Shown here: one piece after another, positions 55,306-64,000 of the stretch
Layout: the number at the start of each line of letters is the position of its first letter
Numbering within the stretch: position 1 is the first letter of the stretch
Assembly: GCA_965203925.1 (NCBI GenBank)
Contig: OZ241924.1
Location: 4,085,894 to 4,149,893 of the forward strand
Direction of reading: 5' to 3'
DNA: 64,000 bases
DNA from: Bryobacterales bacterium
GTDB taxonomy: Bacteria > Acidobacteriota > Terriglobia > Bryobacterales > UBA6623
The notes under the pieces: model-generated
Database searches by the model: none
What the model was told of the DNA's origin: nothing
The model's input: only the letters and a program-made list of their open reading frames with translations
Program-made: the position numbers and the translations under genes

Positions 55306-56499
55306 CTAGCAGAAATCTCGCAGGCTTCTCGCTGGCCGAAGTTTTCCGCCTGCCTTCGGTGCCGCGAGCGTGTTGAGGCGCGCCGCCAGCCTTTCGATGC
55401 TCGCTAGATTGTGTACCGGGAGAAAGTCGTCCACATACGGCAACGCCGCCTGCAGTCCCCGCGTGAGCGGCCTGTAGCGCGGGTCTCCCAGAAGCGGGCT
55501 CAGCCACATCAGGCGATGACACGAGCGCTGGAGCCTCGACACTTCCTGCTCCAGCACCTTTGGGTCACCCCGGTCCCAGCCGTCCGAAACGATCATCAAC
55601 ACGGCTCCCTGACCCAGCACCCTCCTAGCCCAATCGACATTGAAGGTTCGAATTGCCTCCCCGATGCGCGTTCCGCCTGACCAGTCCGGAACGATCTCCG
55701 CTATCTCTCGCATTGGATTCGACGCCCGCCGGCCCCTCACCTTGTGGGTGATCCGCGTCAGCCTAGTGGCGAAGAGGAACACCTCGACTCTGGCGAGCGT
55801 TCCGCTGAGGCAGCACGCGAACCAGAGCAGCATGCGCGTGTACCTCTCCATGGAGCCGCTAATGTCGCACAAAAGAATGAGCTTTCGGGGTGCGAACTTT
55901 CTCGTCCGCGTCGGTGGCAGGTCCGGGACCAATGGTCGACGCGCGATGCCTGCCAGTAGCCTGCGGGGGTCGGGCGCTGCACCGTTGCCGGGCGTCCAGC
56001 GCTTCGTCTTTCTCGGTGCCGGGCGCCACTTCAACTCTCGGAGTAATCTGACGGCCTGTTCGGTTTCCTCTTCGGTAAGCGATTTGAAGTCCTTCTGCCG
56101 CAGCACTTCGCGGTCACTGTAGGTTGCGATTCGGACCATTTCGGGTTTCCGCTCTCCTCGGCTCTTCGAACCTCCTCCGTCGGATCTCAGTGACTCCATC
56201 TCGACGCTCGGATCGCCGAATCGTCGTTCGGCACCCAAGGGGCGCAGATCAAGCTTGGTCGCCGTGCCGGAGGGCGCTCCGAAGAACTTGCGGAACGCTT
56301 GGTCGAAGACCTCGAGGTCTTCAGGCCGACGGACCAGCACGCACCGGAGCGCGAACCGCAAGTCGTCTCGCCGGCGCATGCCCACCAATTGAGCCGCTCT
56401 GGCCGCGTCGATGCTCCCCCCGCCCGGGACCGCCAGCCCGGCGGATCTCAGCAAGCGCGTGAACTGGACGAGGTTGTCCAGTAGGCAGCTCATGGCCAA
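55306..56499 (-). CDS. coxE: VWA-domain protein, CoxE-like
   Basis: The C-terminal VWA block ILLCDISGSM and its position after the MoxR-type ATPase match the CoxD/CoxE pairing. Confidence 0.75.
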   Translation of the reverse strand: MAMSCLLDNLVQFTRLLRSAGLAVPGGGSIDAARAAQLVGMRRRDDLRFALRCVLVRRPEDLEVFDQAFRKFFGAPSGTATKLDLRPLGAERRFGDPSVEMESLRSDGGGSKSRGERKPEMVRIATYSDREVLRQKDFKSLTEEETEQAVRLLRELKWRPAPRKTKRWTPGNGAAPDPRRLLAGIARRPLVPDLPPTRTRKFAPRKLILLCDISGSMERYTRMLLWFACCLSGTLARVEVFLFATRLTRITHKVRGRRASNPMREIAEIVPDWSGGTRIGEAIRTFNVDWARRVLGQGAVLMIVSDGWDRGDPKVLEQEVSRLQRSCHRLMWLSPLLGDPRYRPLTRGLQAALPYVDDFLPVHNLASIERLAARLNTLAAPKAGGKLRPARSLRDFC

Positions 56500-57437
56500 G
56501 CGGGGCGCTGGCCGGCGTGGCTGGATCGGACTCCGCGGTGCCGGGCCCGGTCGAGCATCGCGCGCACGGGATCGCCCCTGACTGCCCTGATGTCATCTTG
56601 GTTCTTGAGAAGGATTCCCAGCGTCTCGTCGATCCTCTCCGGGGCCAGCCGCTGTTCGTCAAGCGCGACGAGCGCCGCGACCCAGTCCAGCGTCTCCGAG
56701 ACTCCCGCTGTCTTATAGAGCTCCGTCTGGCGCAGTTCTTGGACGAAGGCAGTCGCTTCCTCGCGCAAAGCTCCGCGGGCCTCGGGAACTTTCGCCTCGA
56801 CGATGCTCAGCTCCTTTTCGAAGTCCGGGTAGTCGATCCAGCAGTATAGGCACCGCCGCTTGAGCGCATCGTGCAGCTCCCTCGTGCGGTTCGACGTGAT
56901 CACCACGATCGGAGGCTCGCTGGCTCGGATCGTTCCCAATTCGGGAATCGTGACCTGGAACTCGGATAGCAGCTCCAGCAGGTAGCCCTCAAACTCCTCG
57001 TCGGCCCGGTCGAGTTCGTCGATCAGCAGAACGGGGGGCGGGCCTGGATGCTCGATCGCCTTTAGGAGCGGGCGCTCGAGCAGGAAATCGCGGCGGAACA
57101 GAAGGCCGGCCGCCTTCTGACGGTCGGCCCGCTCCCCGCTCCCCATGAGCTGGATCTCGAGCACTTGCCGGCGGTAGTCCCACTCGTAGACGGCGTGCCC
57201 GATGTCCAAGCCCTCGTAGCACTGCAAGCGAATGAGTTCGCGGCCCAGCGCACTCGCGAGCGCCGTCCCGACAGCTGTCTTGCCGACCCCCGCTTCGCCT
57301 TCGAGCAGCAAGGGCCGCTGCAGCCGCAGCGAAAGGTAGGCGGAGGTGCCGAGCGCGCGGTCGCAGATGTAGCCCTGCTGCGCGAGCGTGGCCTGCAGCT
57401 CGTTTACCGAACCGAGGCCCAGCCCGGGATCATCCAT
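56490..57437 (-). CDS. coxD: MoxR-class AAA+ ATPase, CoxD-like
   Basis: Walker A GEAGVGKT and Walker B LLIDELDRA. Length and context match CoxD. Confidence 0.8.
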   Translation of the reverse strand: MDDPGLGLGSVNELQATLAQQGYICDRALGTSAYLSLRLQRPLLLEGEAGVGKTAVGTALASALGRELIRLQCYEGLDIGHAVYEWDYRRQVLEIQLMGSGERADRQKAAGLLFRRDFLLERPLLKAIEHPGPPPVLLIDELDRADEEFEGYLLELLSEFQVTIPELGTIRASEPPIVVITSNRTRELHDALKRRCLYCWIDYPDFEKELSIVEAKVPEARGALREEATAFVQELRQTELYKTAGVSETLDWVAALVALDEQRLAPERIDETLGILLKNQDDIRAVRGDPVRAMLDRARHRGVRSSHAGQRPAWP

Positions 57438-57464
57438 GTGACCTGGACTGTGCCCGGGACGATC

Positions 57465-58337
57465 TCAGCCGCAGCGTGCGGCGGCCGACGAAAGTGCCCT
57501 CTGGACCCACACTTGGGCCACGGACTGTCGATACTCGGCCGAAGCGTACACATCCCCCAAGACATCGTCGGCATCCAGTGCGTCGCCCGTCAGGCCCGAT
57601 GCGCTGGCGATGGCGGCGGCGTCCAGCCGTGTTCCCACCAGTGCCTCCTCCACCGCTGTCGCGCGGACTGGAGCCGGCACAAGGCCTCCGAGCGTGACGC
57701 TGGCGCAGGTGCAAGAGCCGTCCTCATCGACCACCAATGCGGCCGCAGCCCCGATCACCGCGTAGCGCGAGGCCGGATGGGCGAATTTTGCATAGGCCGA
57801 ACCACAATCCGAATCGACCGTCGGGATGCCAATCGACGTGAGGATCTCTCCTTCGCCGATCGCTGTCGACATTAGCCCTTCAAAGAAGTCCGAGGCACGG
57901 ACGCTCCGATCGCCGTTGCCCCCCGTGACACGAAACTCCGCGCCAAGGCATGCCAGCACGGCGGGGAGATCGGATGCCGGGTCTGCATGGGCGACGTTGC
58001 CGCCGATTGTTCCGCGGTTGCGCACCGCAGGATCGCCGATCATCCCGGCCGCCTCGGCCAGGGCCGTCGCGCGGGAACGCAGCAGCTCCGAGGACGCCAG
58101 TTCCGCGTGGGTGGTCAATGCTCCGATTTCGATTGTCCCGGACTCCTCCCGGATGGACCGCAGGCTGTCAATCCGCCCGATGTCGACCAGCGCAGAAGGA
58201 GCTGCCAGGCGCAGCTTAAGCAGCGGGATCAGGCTGTGCCCCCCCGCCAGCAGCTTCGCCTCCGGATGCTCGGCGAGGAGGGCCGCGGCCTCCGCTACGG
58301 AACCGGCTCTGTAGTAGTCAAACTGTGGCGCAAACAT
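57465..58337 (-). CDS. coxM: FAD-binding medium subunit of a molybdenum hydroxylase (CoxM-like)
   Basis: LLAGGHSLIPLLKLR, GTIGGNVAH and the C-terminal SAEYR block. Confidence 0.85.
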   Translation of the reverse strand: MFAPQFDYYRAGSVAEAAALLAEHPEAKLLAGGHSLIPLLKLRLAAPSALVDIGRIDSLRSIREESGTIEIGALTTHAELASSELLRSRATALAEAAGMIGDPAVRNRGTIGGNVAHADPASDLPAVLACLGAEFRVTGGNGDRSVRASDFFEGLMSTAIGEGEILTSIGIPTVDSDCGSAYAKFAHPASRYAVIGAAAALVVDEDGSCTCASVTLGGLVPAPVRATAVEEALVGTRLDAAAIASASGLTGDALDADDVLGDVYASAEYRQSVAQVWVQRALSSAAARCG

Positions 58338-58340
58338 GGC

Positions 58341-60698
58341 TCAGTTGTCCTCCTGTGCTGCCTGGATGGAGCGCCACACCCGCTCGGGTGTCAGCGGCAT
58401 GCGGACCGAACTCACGCCGAGAGGCTGGAGAGCATCGATCACCGCGTTGTAAACGGCCGCCGTGGAGGCGATCGTGCCTGCCTCCCCGATGCCTTTCACG
58501 CCCAGAGGGTGGTGCGGGGAAGGTGTCACCGTGGAGTGCACCTCGATGTCAGGAAGCCCGTCGGCCCGTGGGATGGCGTAGTCCAGCATCGTGCCGGTGA
58601 GCAGTTGGCCGTCTTCGTCGTACACTCCCTCCTCCCACAAGGCCTGCCCGATTCCTTGGACAATGCCTCCGTGGACTTGGCCCTCGACGATCACGGGATT
58701 GATCTGCGGCCCGCAATCGTCAACGGCAACGTAGCGCTGCAGCGTGACGCTGCCCGTCTCAGCGTCCACCTCAACCCTTGCCAAGTGGGCACCGTAGGGG
58801 AACACGAAGTTGGGCGGGTCGTAGAATGTCGTTGCCTCCAACCCGGCCTCGACACCTTCCGGCATGTTCCAGGCGACGTTCGCCATCAAAGCGATGTCTT
58901 GGATCGTCTTGCTCGAGTCCGGTGAGCCCTTAACGAAGAACTTCCCGTCCTCGTACTCCATATCCTCGACCGCCGCCTCCAGCAGATGTGCGGCGATCAC
59001 TTTCGCCTTGTCGCGGATCTTGCGTGCGGCGAGCGCCAGCGCGGCTCCGCCGACCGCCGTCGTCCGGCTGCCGTACGTGCCCCAGCCCATCGGCGTGTTA
59101 TCCGTGTCCCCGTGGATCACCTTGACGTCGTCGGGGGAGACGCCAAGTTCCCCGGCGATGATCTGGGCAAAGGTTGTCTCCTCGCCTTGCCCGTGGGGGG
59201 ACGCCCCGATCATCACGTTGACCTTGCCGCTGGGATGGAAGCGCACTATCGCGCTCTCCCACAATCCGCCTTGGAATCCGATCGCACCGGCAACCTGGGA
59301 AGGTCCCAGTCCGCAGATCTCCACGTAGGTCGACAGTCCTAGGCCGATGTACCGGCCCTGTTTGCGGGCCTCGACCTGCTCTTCGCGTAGCTGGTCGTAG
59401 CCTGCCTTGTCGAGCAGTTTCGTCAGCGCGCCGTCGTAGTCGCCGCTGTCGTAGGTCAGCCCCGTCACAACATCGTGGCCGTTGTCGAACTTCGGGATGA
59501 AGTTCCGGCGACGCACCTCGGCAGGATCAATGTCGAGCTTGGCCGCCAGCAGGTCTACCAGTCGCTCGACCATGAATGTAGCCTCTGGGCGGCCCGCGCC
59601 GCGGTACGCCTCGACCGGCGTAGTGTTTGTGTAGAGGCCATAAACGTCCTCGTGGATGGCCGGGATGTCGTAGACGCCCGAGAGCATGAGACCGTGAAGG
59701 ATTGTGGGAATCCCGGGAGCGGCCGTCGATAGGTAAGCGCCCATGCCCGCCCACACGGTGGCGCGCAGGCCGACGATCTTGCCGTCGCTCGTCGCTGCGA
59801 GCTCGATCTCCTGGACGTGGTCGCGTCCGTGCGTCGTCGCTTGGTAGTTCTCACTGCGGGTTTCCACCCACTTGACCGGTACGCCCAGCTTCTTGGAGCA
59901 GAAGACCGTGATGAAGTCGGCCGGGTAGACCGCGATCTTACTCCCGAATCCTCCGCCGACCTCCGGCGCGATGACCCGCAGGCGGTCCTCGGGGATCCCC
60001 ACGACCAGCGACATCAGGAAGCGCACGATGTGCGGGTTTTGGGTCGTGTTCCACAGCGTCAGCTCGCCCGTTGCCTGGGTGTAACTGGCCAAGGCTGCGC
60101 GGGGTTCCATGGCGTTGGGGATCAGCCGCTGCTGGACGATCGTTTCTTTGACCACTACGTCCGCGCTCTCGAAAGCCTCAGCGATGTCCCCGCCACCGGT
60201 CACCGTCCAGTGGAAGGCCTGATTGCCCTCAATCTCGGCGTGAAGCTGGGTCGCCCCTTCCGCGGCTGACTCTCTTGGCTCGACGACTGCGTCAAGCATG
60301 TCGTAGTCAACGTCGATCAGGTCCAGCGCGTCGTACGCCTGAAGGGGGCTCTCCGCCACCACCACCGCCACGATGTCGCCTACGTAGCGCACTGTGTCCT
60401 TGGCGATGCAGTGGTAGTCAGCGATCGTCAGCCCCGAGTCGGGCAGCAGCCAAGCGCACGGCGCCGGGCCGATCTCGCCTTCTGTGTCCGCGCCGGTGTA
60501 CACCGCCACCACGCCTGGGGCCTCTGCGGCTGCCGACGTGTCGATGCTCGCAATGCGGGCGTGAGCGAACGGGCTGCGGAGCATGGCGGCGTGCAGCATG
60601 CCCGGCAGCACGATGTCGTCTGTGTAGGTTGCCGTGCCGGTGATCAGCCGCGGGTCCTCCCGCCGGCGAATCCCCGAGCCGAATGTCGAGGCGCTCAT
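58341..60698 (-). CDS. coxL: Molybdopterin-binding large subunit of a molybdenum hydroxylase (form-II CoxL-like)
   Basis: Start trimmed to ATG 60698 ([21 protein letters not shown]), which overlaps the coxS stop as ATGA. The active-site loop reads [11 protein letters not shown], the AYRGAGR form-II signature rather than AYxCSFR. Confidence 0.85.
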   Translation of the reverse strand: MSASTFGSGIRRREDPRLITGTATYTDDIVLPGMLHAAMLRSPFAHARIASIDTSAAAEAPGVVAVYTGADTEGEIGPAPCAWLLPDSGLTIADYHCIAKDTVRYVGDIVAVVVAESPLQAYDALDLIDVDYDMLDAVVEPRESAAEGATQLHAEIEGNQAFHWTVTGGGDIAEAFESADVVVKETIVQQRLIPNAMEPRAALASYTQATGELTLWNTTQNPHIVRFLMSLVVGIPEDRLRVIAPEVGGGFGSKIAVYPADFITVFCSKKLGVPVKWVETRSENYQATTHGRDHVQEIELAATSDGKIVGLRATVWAGMGAYLSTAAPGIPTILHGLMLSGVYDIPAIHEDVYGLYTNTTPVEAYRGAGRPEATFMVERLVDLLAAKLDIDPAEVRRRNFIPKFDNGHDVVTGLTYDSGDYDGALTKLLDKAGYDQLREEQVEARKQGRYIGLGLSTYVEICGLGPSQVAGAIGFQGGLWESAIVRFHPSGKVNVMIGASPHGQGEETTFAQIIAGELGVSPDDVKVIHGDTDNTPMGWGTYGSRTTAVGGAALALAARKIRDKAKVIAAHLLEAAVEDMEYEDGKFFVKGSPDSSKTIQDIALMANVAWNMPEGVEAGLEATTFYDPPNFVFPYGAHLARVEVDAETGSVTLQRYVAVDDCGPQINPVIVEGQVHGGIVQGIGQALWEEGVYDEDGQLLTGTMLDYAIPRADGLPDIEVHSTVTPSPHHPLGVKGIGEAGTIASTAAVYNAVIDALQPLGVSSVRMPLTPERVWRSIQAAQEDN

Positions 60699-61174
60699 TG
60701 GGCACCTCCGGCGGCCGAACCGGCAGCGTCCCGCACAGCCCGGACGATGTTCTGGTAGCCGGTGCAGCGGCAGAAGTTGCCTTCCAGGCCATGCCGGATC
60801 TCCTCGTCCGAGGGGTCCGGATTGCAGCGCAGCAGTTCGTGCGAGGCCATGATCATGCCGGGAGTGCAGTAGCCGCACTGCAGGCCGTGCTTGTTCCAGA
60901 AAGACTCCTGCAGCGGGTGCAGGCCCTCATCGCCGGCCATGCCCTCGATCGTCGTGACTGACGTGCCGTCCGCCTGAACGGCCAGGCATGTGCAGGACTT
61001 GGCGGCGACTCCATCAATCAGGACCGTGCAGGAACCGCACTGGCTGGTGTCACACCCGACCTTCGTGCCAGTCAGGCCCAGCACGTCTCGGATCAGGTGG
61101 ACCAACAGCAGCCTGGGTTCCACATCGCGGCTGTACTGGCGGCCATTAATCGTGATGCTAACGGGTACATGCAT
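60695..61174 (-). CDS. coxS: [2Fe-2S] small subunit of a molybdenum hydroxylase (CoxS-like)
   Basis: Two Fe-S cluster Cys motifs are present: [11 protein letters not shown] and CGYCTPG ... CRCTGY. Confidence 0.9.
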   Translation of the reverse strand: MHVPVSITINGRQYSRDVEPRLLLVHLIRDVLGLTGTKVGCDTSQCGSCTVLIDGVAAKSCTCLAVQADGTSVTTIEGMAGDEGLHPLQESFWNKHGLQCGYCTPGMIMASHELLRCNPDPSDEEIRHGLEGNFCRCTGYQNIVRAVRDAAGSAAGGAQ

Positions 61175-61371
61175 CGAAATCGGCTTGCCTCCTTTCGTCT
61201 CGGGCGACCGCTGACTGCATCGTGCGCTGCGGTGCGCCCAGAGAAGTTATACCACCGCAGGCCCACTGGCTTCAGTTGGCGGGCGGTTCGCAGTTCGCAA
61301 CAGCCCGCGTGTCACACTCTTGTGAGGGCGGCAAAGGCGTTCGGCCATGCGCGCCCGGGCCGTTGCCAAGC

Positions 61372-62931
61372 ATGACTGCACAAAGAGCAAGGTTTGCGTC
61401 CCGTTGGGGAATGATGCTGGCGATGCTTGGCATGGCTGTTGGCACCGGCAACATCTGGCGGTTTCCAAGGATTGCGGCCAAGAACGGGGGAGGGGAGTTC
61501 TTGGTGGCCTGGCTTGTCTTCCTGCTGCTCTGGTCCGTGCCGCTGATCCTGCTCGAGTTCGGTCTCGCTCGCAAGACGCGCTCCGGCCCTGTGCGGGCCA
61601 TGGTGCGCCTGATGGGACCCAAGTGGGCCTGGACGGGAGCGTTTGTGGTGTGGGTCGCCGCGGCGATTGCCTGCTACTACTCTGTGGTCGCCGGCTGGAC
61701 AGCCCGCTACGCTGTCGCCGCGGTTGCCGGCGAGCTCGGGGGCGGCTCACCCGGCTCGTTCTGGACGGCCTTCACCAACTCCGGGTGGCCTCTGCTGTGC
61801 CATGCGGGCATGATCGCCGCAACCGCCGCGGTGGTCGCCAAGGGAGTCACCGCAATTGAGCGGGTGGCTCGTGTCCTCGTGCCGACCCTGCTAGTGCTCG
61901 TGGTCATTCTTGTTGCGCGGGCGGTCACCCTGCCGGGCTCTGAGGCCGGACTGGCGTACCTCTTCGGCATTGACTGGAGCGGACTGACGAGCGCCCGCAT
62001 CTGGATCGAGGCGCTTACGCAGAACGCTTGGGACACAGGCGCTGGCTGGGGGCTGGTGCTGTGCTACGCGGCTTGGCAGCGGGATCGCGAGGACACTGCG
62101 CTGAACGCTTTCGTGCTTCCCGCCGGAAACAATCTCATCTCACTGCTCGCGGGAATCATGGTGTTCTGTACTGTCTTCTCGGTCGTTCCGCCGCTCTTGG
62201 ACCGGGCAGCGGACGACCCGGCACAGTTGGACGGCTTGGGGTCGCTGAGTCAGGCAGTCAGTGATGGAGAGGCCTTTTCTGCTGACCTCATGCAGCGGAC
62301 CGTATTCTCCGAGAGCAATACGGGAATCACCTTCATCTGGATGCCGGAACTCTTCCGCACGATGCCGTACGGGCGGTTCTTCATGACCCTATTCTTCGCA
62401 GCGTTGGCGATGGCAGCCTTCACCAGCCTGGTCTCGATGGTGGAGGTTGTCACTCGGTCACTGGAAGATGCCGGCTTCGCCCGCCGTAAGGCGATTCGGG
62501 GGGTCGCGCTGGGGGCGTTCCTGCTCGGTATTCCCTCGGCCCTGAGCATGAGTGTGTTGGACAACCAAGACTGGGTCTGGGGCGTTGCACTGATCCTCTC
62601 AGGACTCTTCTTTGCGCTGGCCGTCGGTCGCTACGGGACTCGCAGGTTCCGGGAGGAAACGCTCAACCACGAGCACTCCGACGTCCGGATAGGCCGCTGG
62701 TGGGACTTCGTGATCCGCGCTATCGTGCCGTTCGAAGCTGTCGTCCTGACGGTCTGGCTGCTTTTCCAGTCATGGCGCGACAACCCGGACGGCTGGCTGA
62801 CGCCCTTCGACACAGCCAACGTGTTCAATGTCGGAACCGTTCTCATTCAGGTCGGAGTGGTGGTCGTCGTGCTTCTGCTGTGCAACCGCAGGCTGGCGGC
62901 TTCGGCGCGGGACGCGGACGGGGTCGCGTGA
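61372..62931 (+). CDS. Sodium-dependent transporter, neurotransmitter:sodium symporter (NSS/SNF) family
   Basis: FASRWGMMLAMLGMAVGTGNIWRFP is the NSS signature region, and the protein is multi-TM. Start trimmed to ATG 61372. Confidence 0.85.
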   Translation: MTAQRARFASRWGMMLAMLGMAVGTGNIWRFPRIAAKNGGGEFLVAWLVFLLLWSVPLILLEFGLARKTRSGPVRAMVRLMGPKWAWTGAFVVWVAAAIACYYSVVAGWTARYAVAAVAGELGGGSPGSFWTAFTNSGWPLLCHAGMIAATAAVVAKGVTAIERVARVLVPTLLVLVVILVARAVTLPGSEAGLAYLFGIDWSGLTSARIWIEALTQNAWDTGAGWGLVLCYAAWQRDREDTALNAFVLPAGNNLISLLAGIMVFCTVFSVVPPLLDRAADDPAQLDGLGSLSQAVSDGEAFSADLMQRTVFSESNTGITFIWMPELFRTMPYGRFFMTLFFAALAMAAFTSLVSMVEVVTRSLEDAGFARRKAIRGVALGAFLLGIPSALSMSVLDNQDWVWGVALILSGLFFALAVGRYGTRRFREETLNHEHSDVRIGRWWDFVIRAIVPFEAVVLTVWLLFQSWRDNPDGWLTPFDTANVFNVGTVLIQVGVVVVVLLLCNRRLAASARDADGVA

Positions 62932-63917
62932 GACTTCTCGGGCCGGCGGACATCCGCCGTGCGCTGCCGATGGCCAAGGCCATCGAGGCGATGCGTCACG
63001 CATTCGCAGCCCACGCCCGGGGCCGCGTCCAATCGCCGCCGCGGGCGGTTGTCCCGACGGGGGACGCCGACGGGGCGACGCTCGTCATGACGGCCGCGCT
63101 AGATGAGGGCAGCGGCGGGATCCTGACCGTTAAGGCGGTGTCGGTCTTCCCGGCCAATGCGCGCCGAGGCCTCCCGTCTATCCATGGCACGCTGCTCGTG
63201 ATTGACGCCAAGACCGGTGTTCCGCAAGCACTGATGGACGGCGCGACGCTGACGGCGATCAGGACGGCTGCGGCGTGCGGGTTGGCAACGGACCAGTTGG
63301 CCAAGACCGACAGTACTGTGCTGGCAGTGTTCGGCAGTGGTGTCCACGCTCGCACGCAGGTCCGTGCGGTCGAGTGCGTCCGGCCGATCCAAGATGTCCG
63401 GATCTTCAACCCCAACCAGAGTTCCGCAGAGGCCATGGCGCACGAGCTCAACGCCGCCGGCTCAGGTACTTGCACCTACCGGGCCGTCGCGACGGCCGCA
63501 GAGGCGCTTGCGGGCGCTCACGTGGCTTGCCTCGCGACCACTTCCGCCGAGCCGGTGCTGGAGGACCGGAACGTTCCGGACGGGATACACATCAATGCGA
63601 TCGGTTCGTTCAAGCCTACAGAGCGCGAGATCCCCACCGCGACCGTCCGCCGCGCCCTGCTGGTGGTAGACGACCGCGAGTCCGCCCTCGAGGAAGCCGG
63701 TGACTTGCTCATCCCCATAGCTGAGGGCGTGCTGGACGATGACCACATCCACGCCGATCTGGGGAGCTTGGTGCTAGGCCGGGTCCAAGGACGCTCGGCG
63801 GCGACACAGGTGACAATCTTCAAGTCTGTGGGCTTGGCGGTGCAGGATGTGGCGGCTGCCCGAGTAGTCGTCCGGGCGGCGCAGCGGTCAGCTCTGGGCC
63901 AAGTCTTGGACTGGTAG
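62928..63917 (+). CDS. Ornithine cyclodeaminase / mu-crystallin family protein
   Basis: Family-typical N-terminus (ADIRRALPMAKAIEAMRHAF), Rossmann motif VFGSGVHAR and INAIGSFKPTEREI. GTG 62928 overlaps the transporter stop as GTGA. Confidence 0.75.
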   Translation: MRLLGPADIRRALPMAKAIEAMRHAFAAHARGRVQSPPRAVVPTGDADGATLVMTAALDEGSGGILTVKAVSVFPANARRGLPSIHGTLLVIDAKTGVPQALMDGATLTAIRTAAACGLATDQLAKTDSTVLAVFGSGVHARTQVRAVECVRPIQDVRIFNPNQSSAEAMAHELNAAGSGTCTYRAVATAAEALAGAHVACLATTSAEPVLEDRNVPDGIHINAIGSFKPTEREIPTATVRRALLVVDDRESALEEAGDLLIPIAEGVLDDDHIHADLGSLVLGRVQGRSAATQVTIFKSVGLAVQDVAAARVVVRAAQRSALGQVLDW

Positions 63918-64000
63918 CGTCAACCGATTACAACAACAGGATCGCCGAGGACTCCGGGGAGAGGCCTTAGCCCCAGCCCGGGGCTTGTCGGCGCGGACAG

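Overview
High-GC (spot counts about 60-65%) bacterial chromosomal segment, densely coding and mostly core metabolism. All calls rest on reading the supplied translations and the DNA by eye; no searches were run.

Core content:
- A partial htrA at the left edge.
- A translationally coupled dehydrogenase-aguB-aguA polyamine operon.
- yjbQ, tRNA-Leu(UAG) and glnA.
- A dihaem cytochrome c coupled to a PQQ alcohol dehydrogenase.
- An SPFH protein and an M19 dipeptidase.
- A form-II-type coxSLM-DEG cluster.
- An NSS transporter coupled to an ornithine cyclodeaminase-like gene.

The segment carries several pairs of families typical of Planctomycetes, Acidobacteria and Verrucomicrobia (two DUF1592/DUF1552 pairs, and DUF1549-1553/DUF1501 with an FGE-like gene). 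The phylum is an inference only.

Three accessory patches interrupt this background:
1. About 3.7-9.9 kb. A lower-GC PLD/HKD nuclease-like gene and an AbiEi-AbiEii fusion gene are separated by an intact 2.25-kb IS with 24-bp perfect inverted repeats.
2. About 32-35 kb. This patch holds a small coiled-coil ORF, a decayed IS1595 transposase and a secreted metzincin.
3. About 45.9-54.8 kb, the most unusual. It contains two diverged direct copies of an EEP-nuclease module, each with a conserved leader and a conserved non-coding 3' tail. It also holds a third copy of the tail, a 1.3-kb gene-poor stretch with recombinase-like and tRNA-like debris, a secreted S1 protease with about 61-aa tandem repeats coupled to a small secreted protein, and a ClpP/SDH-fold protease bracketed by tail repeats.

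A stand-alone 1392-aa SNF2 helicase (14-18 kb) is compositionally mosaic. No rRNA genes or CRISPR arrays were seen.
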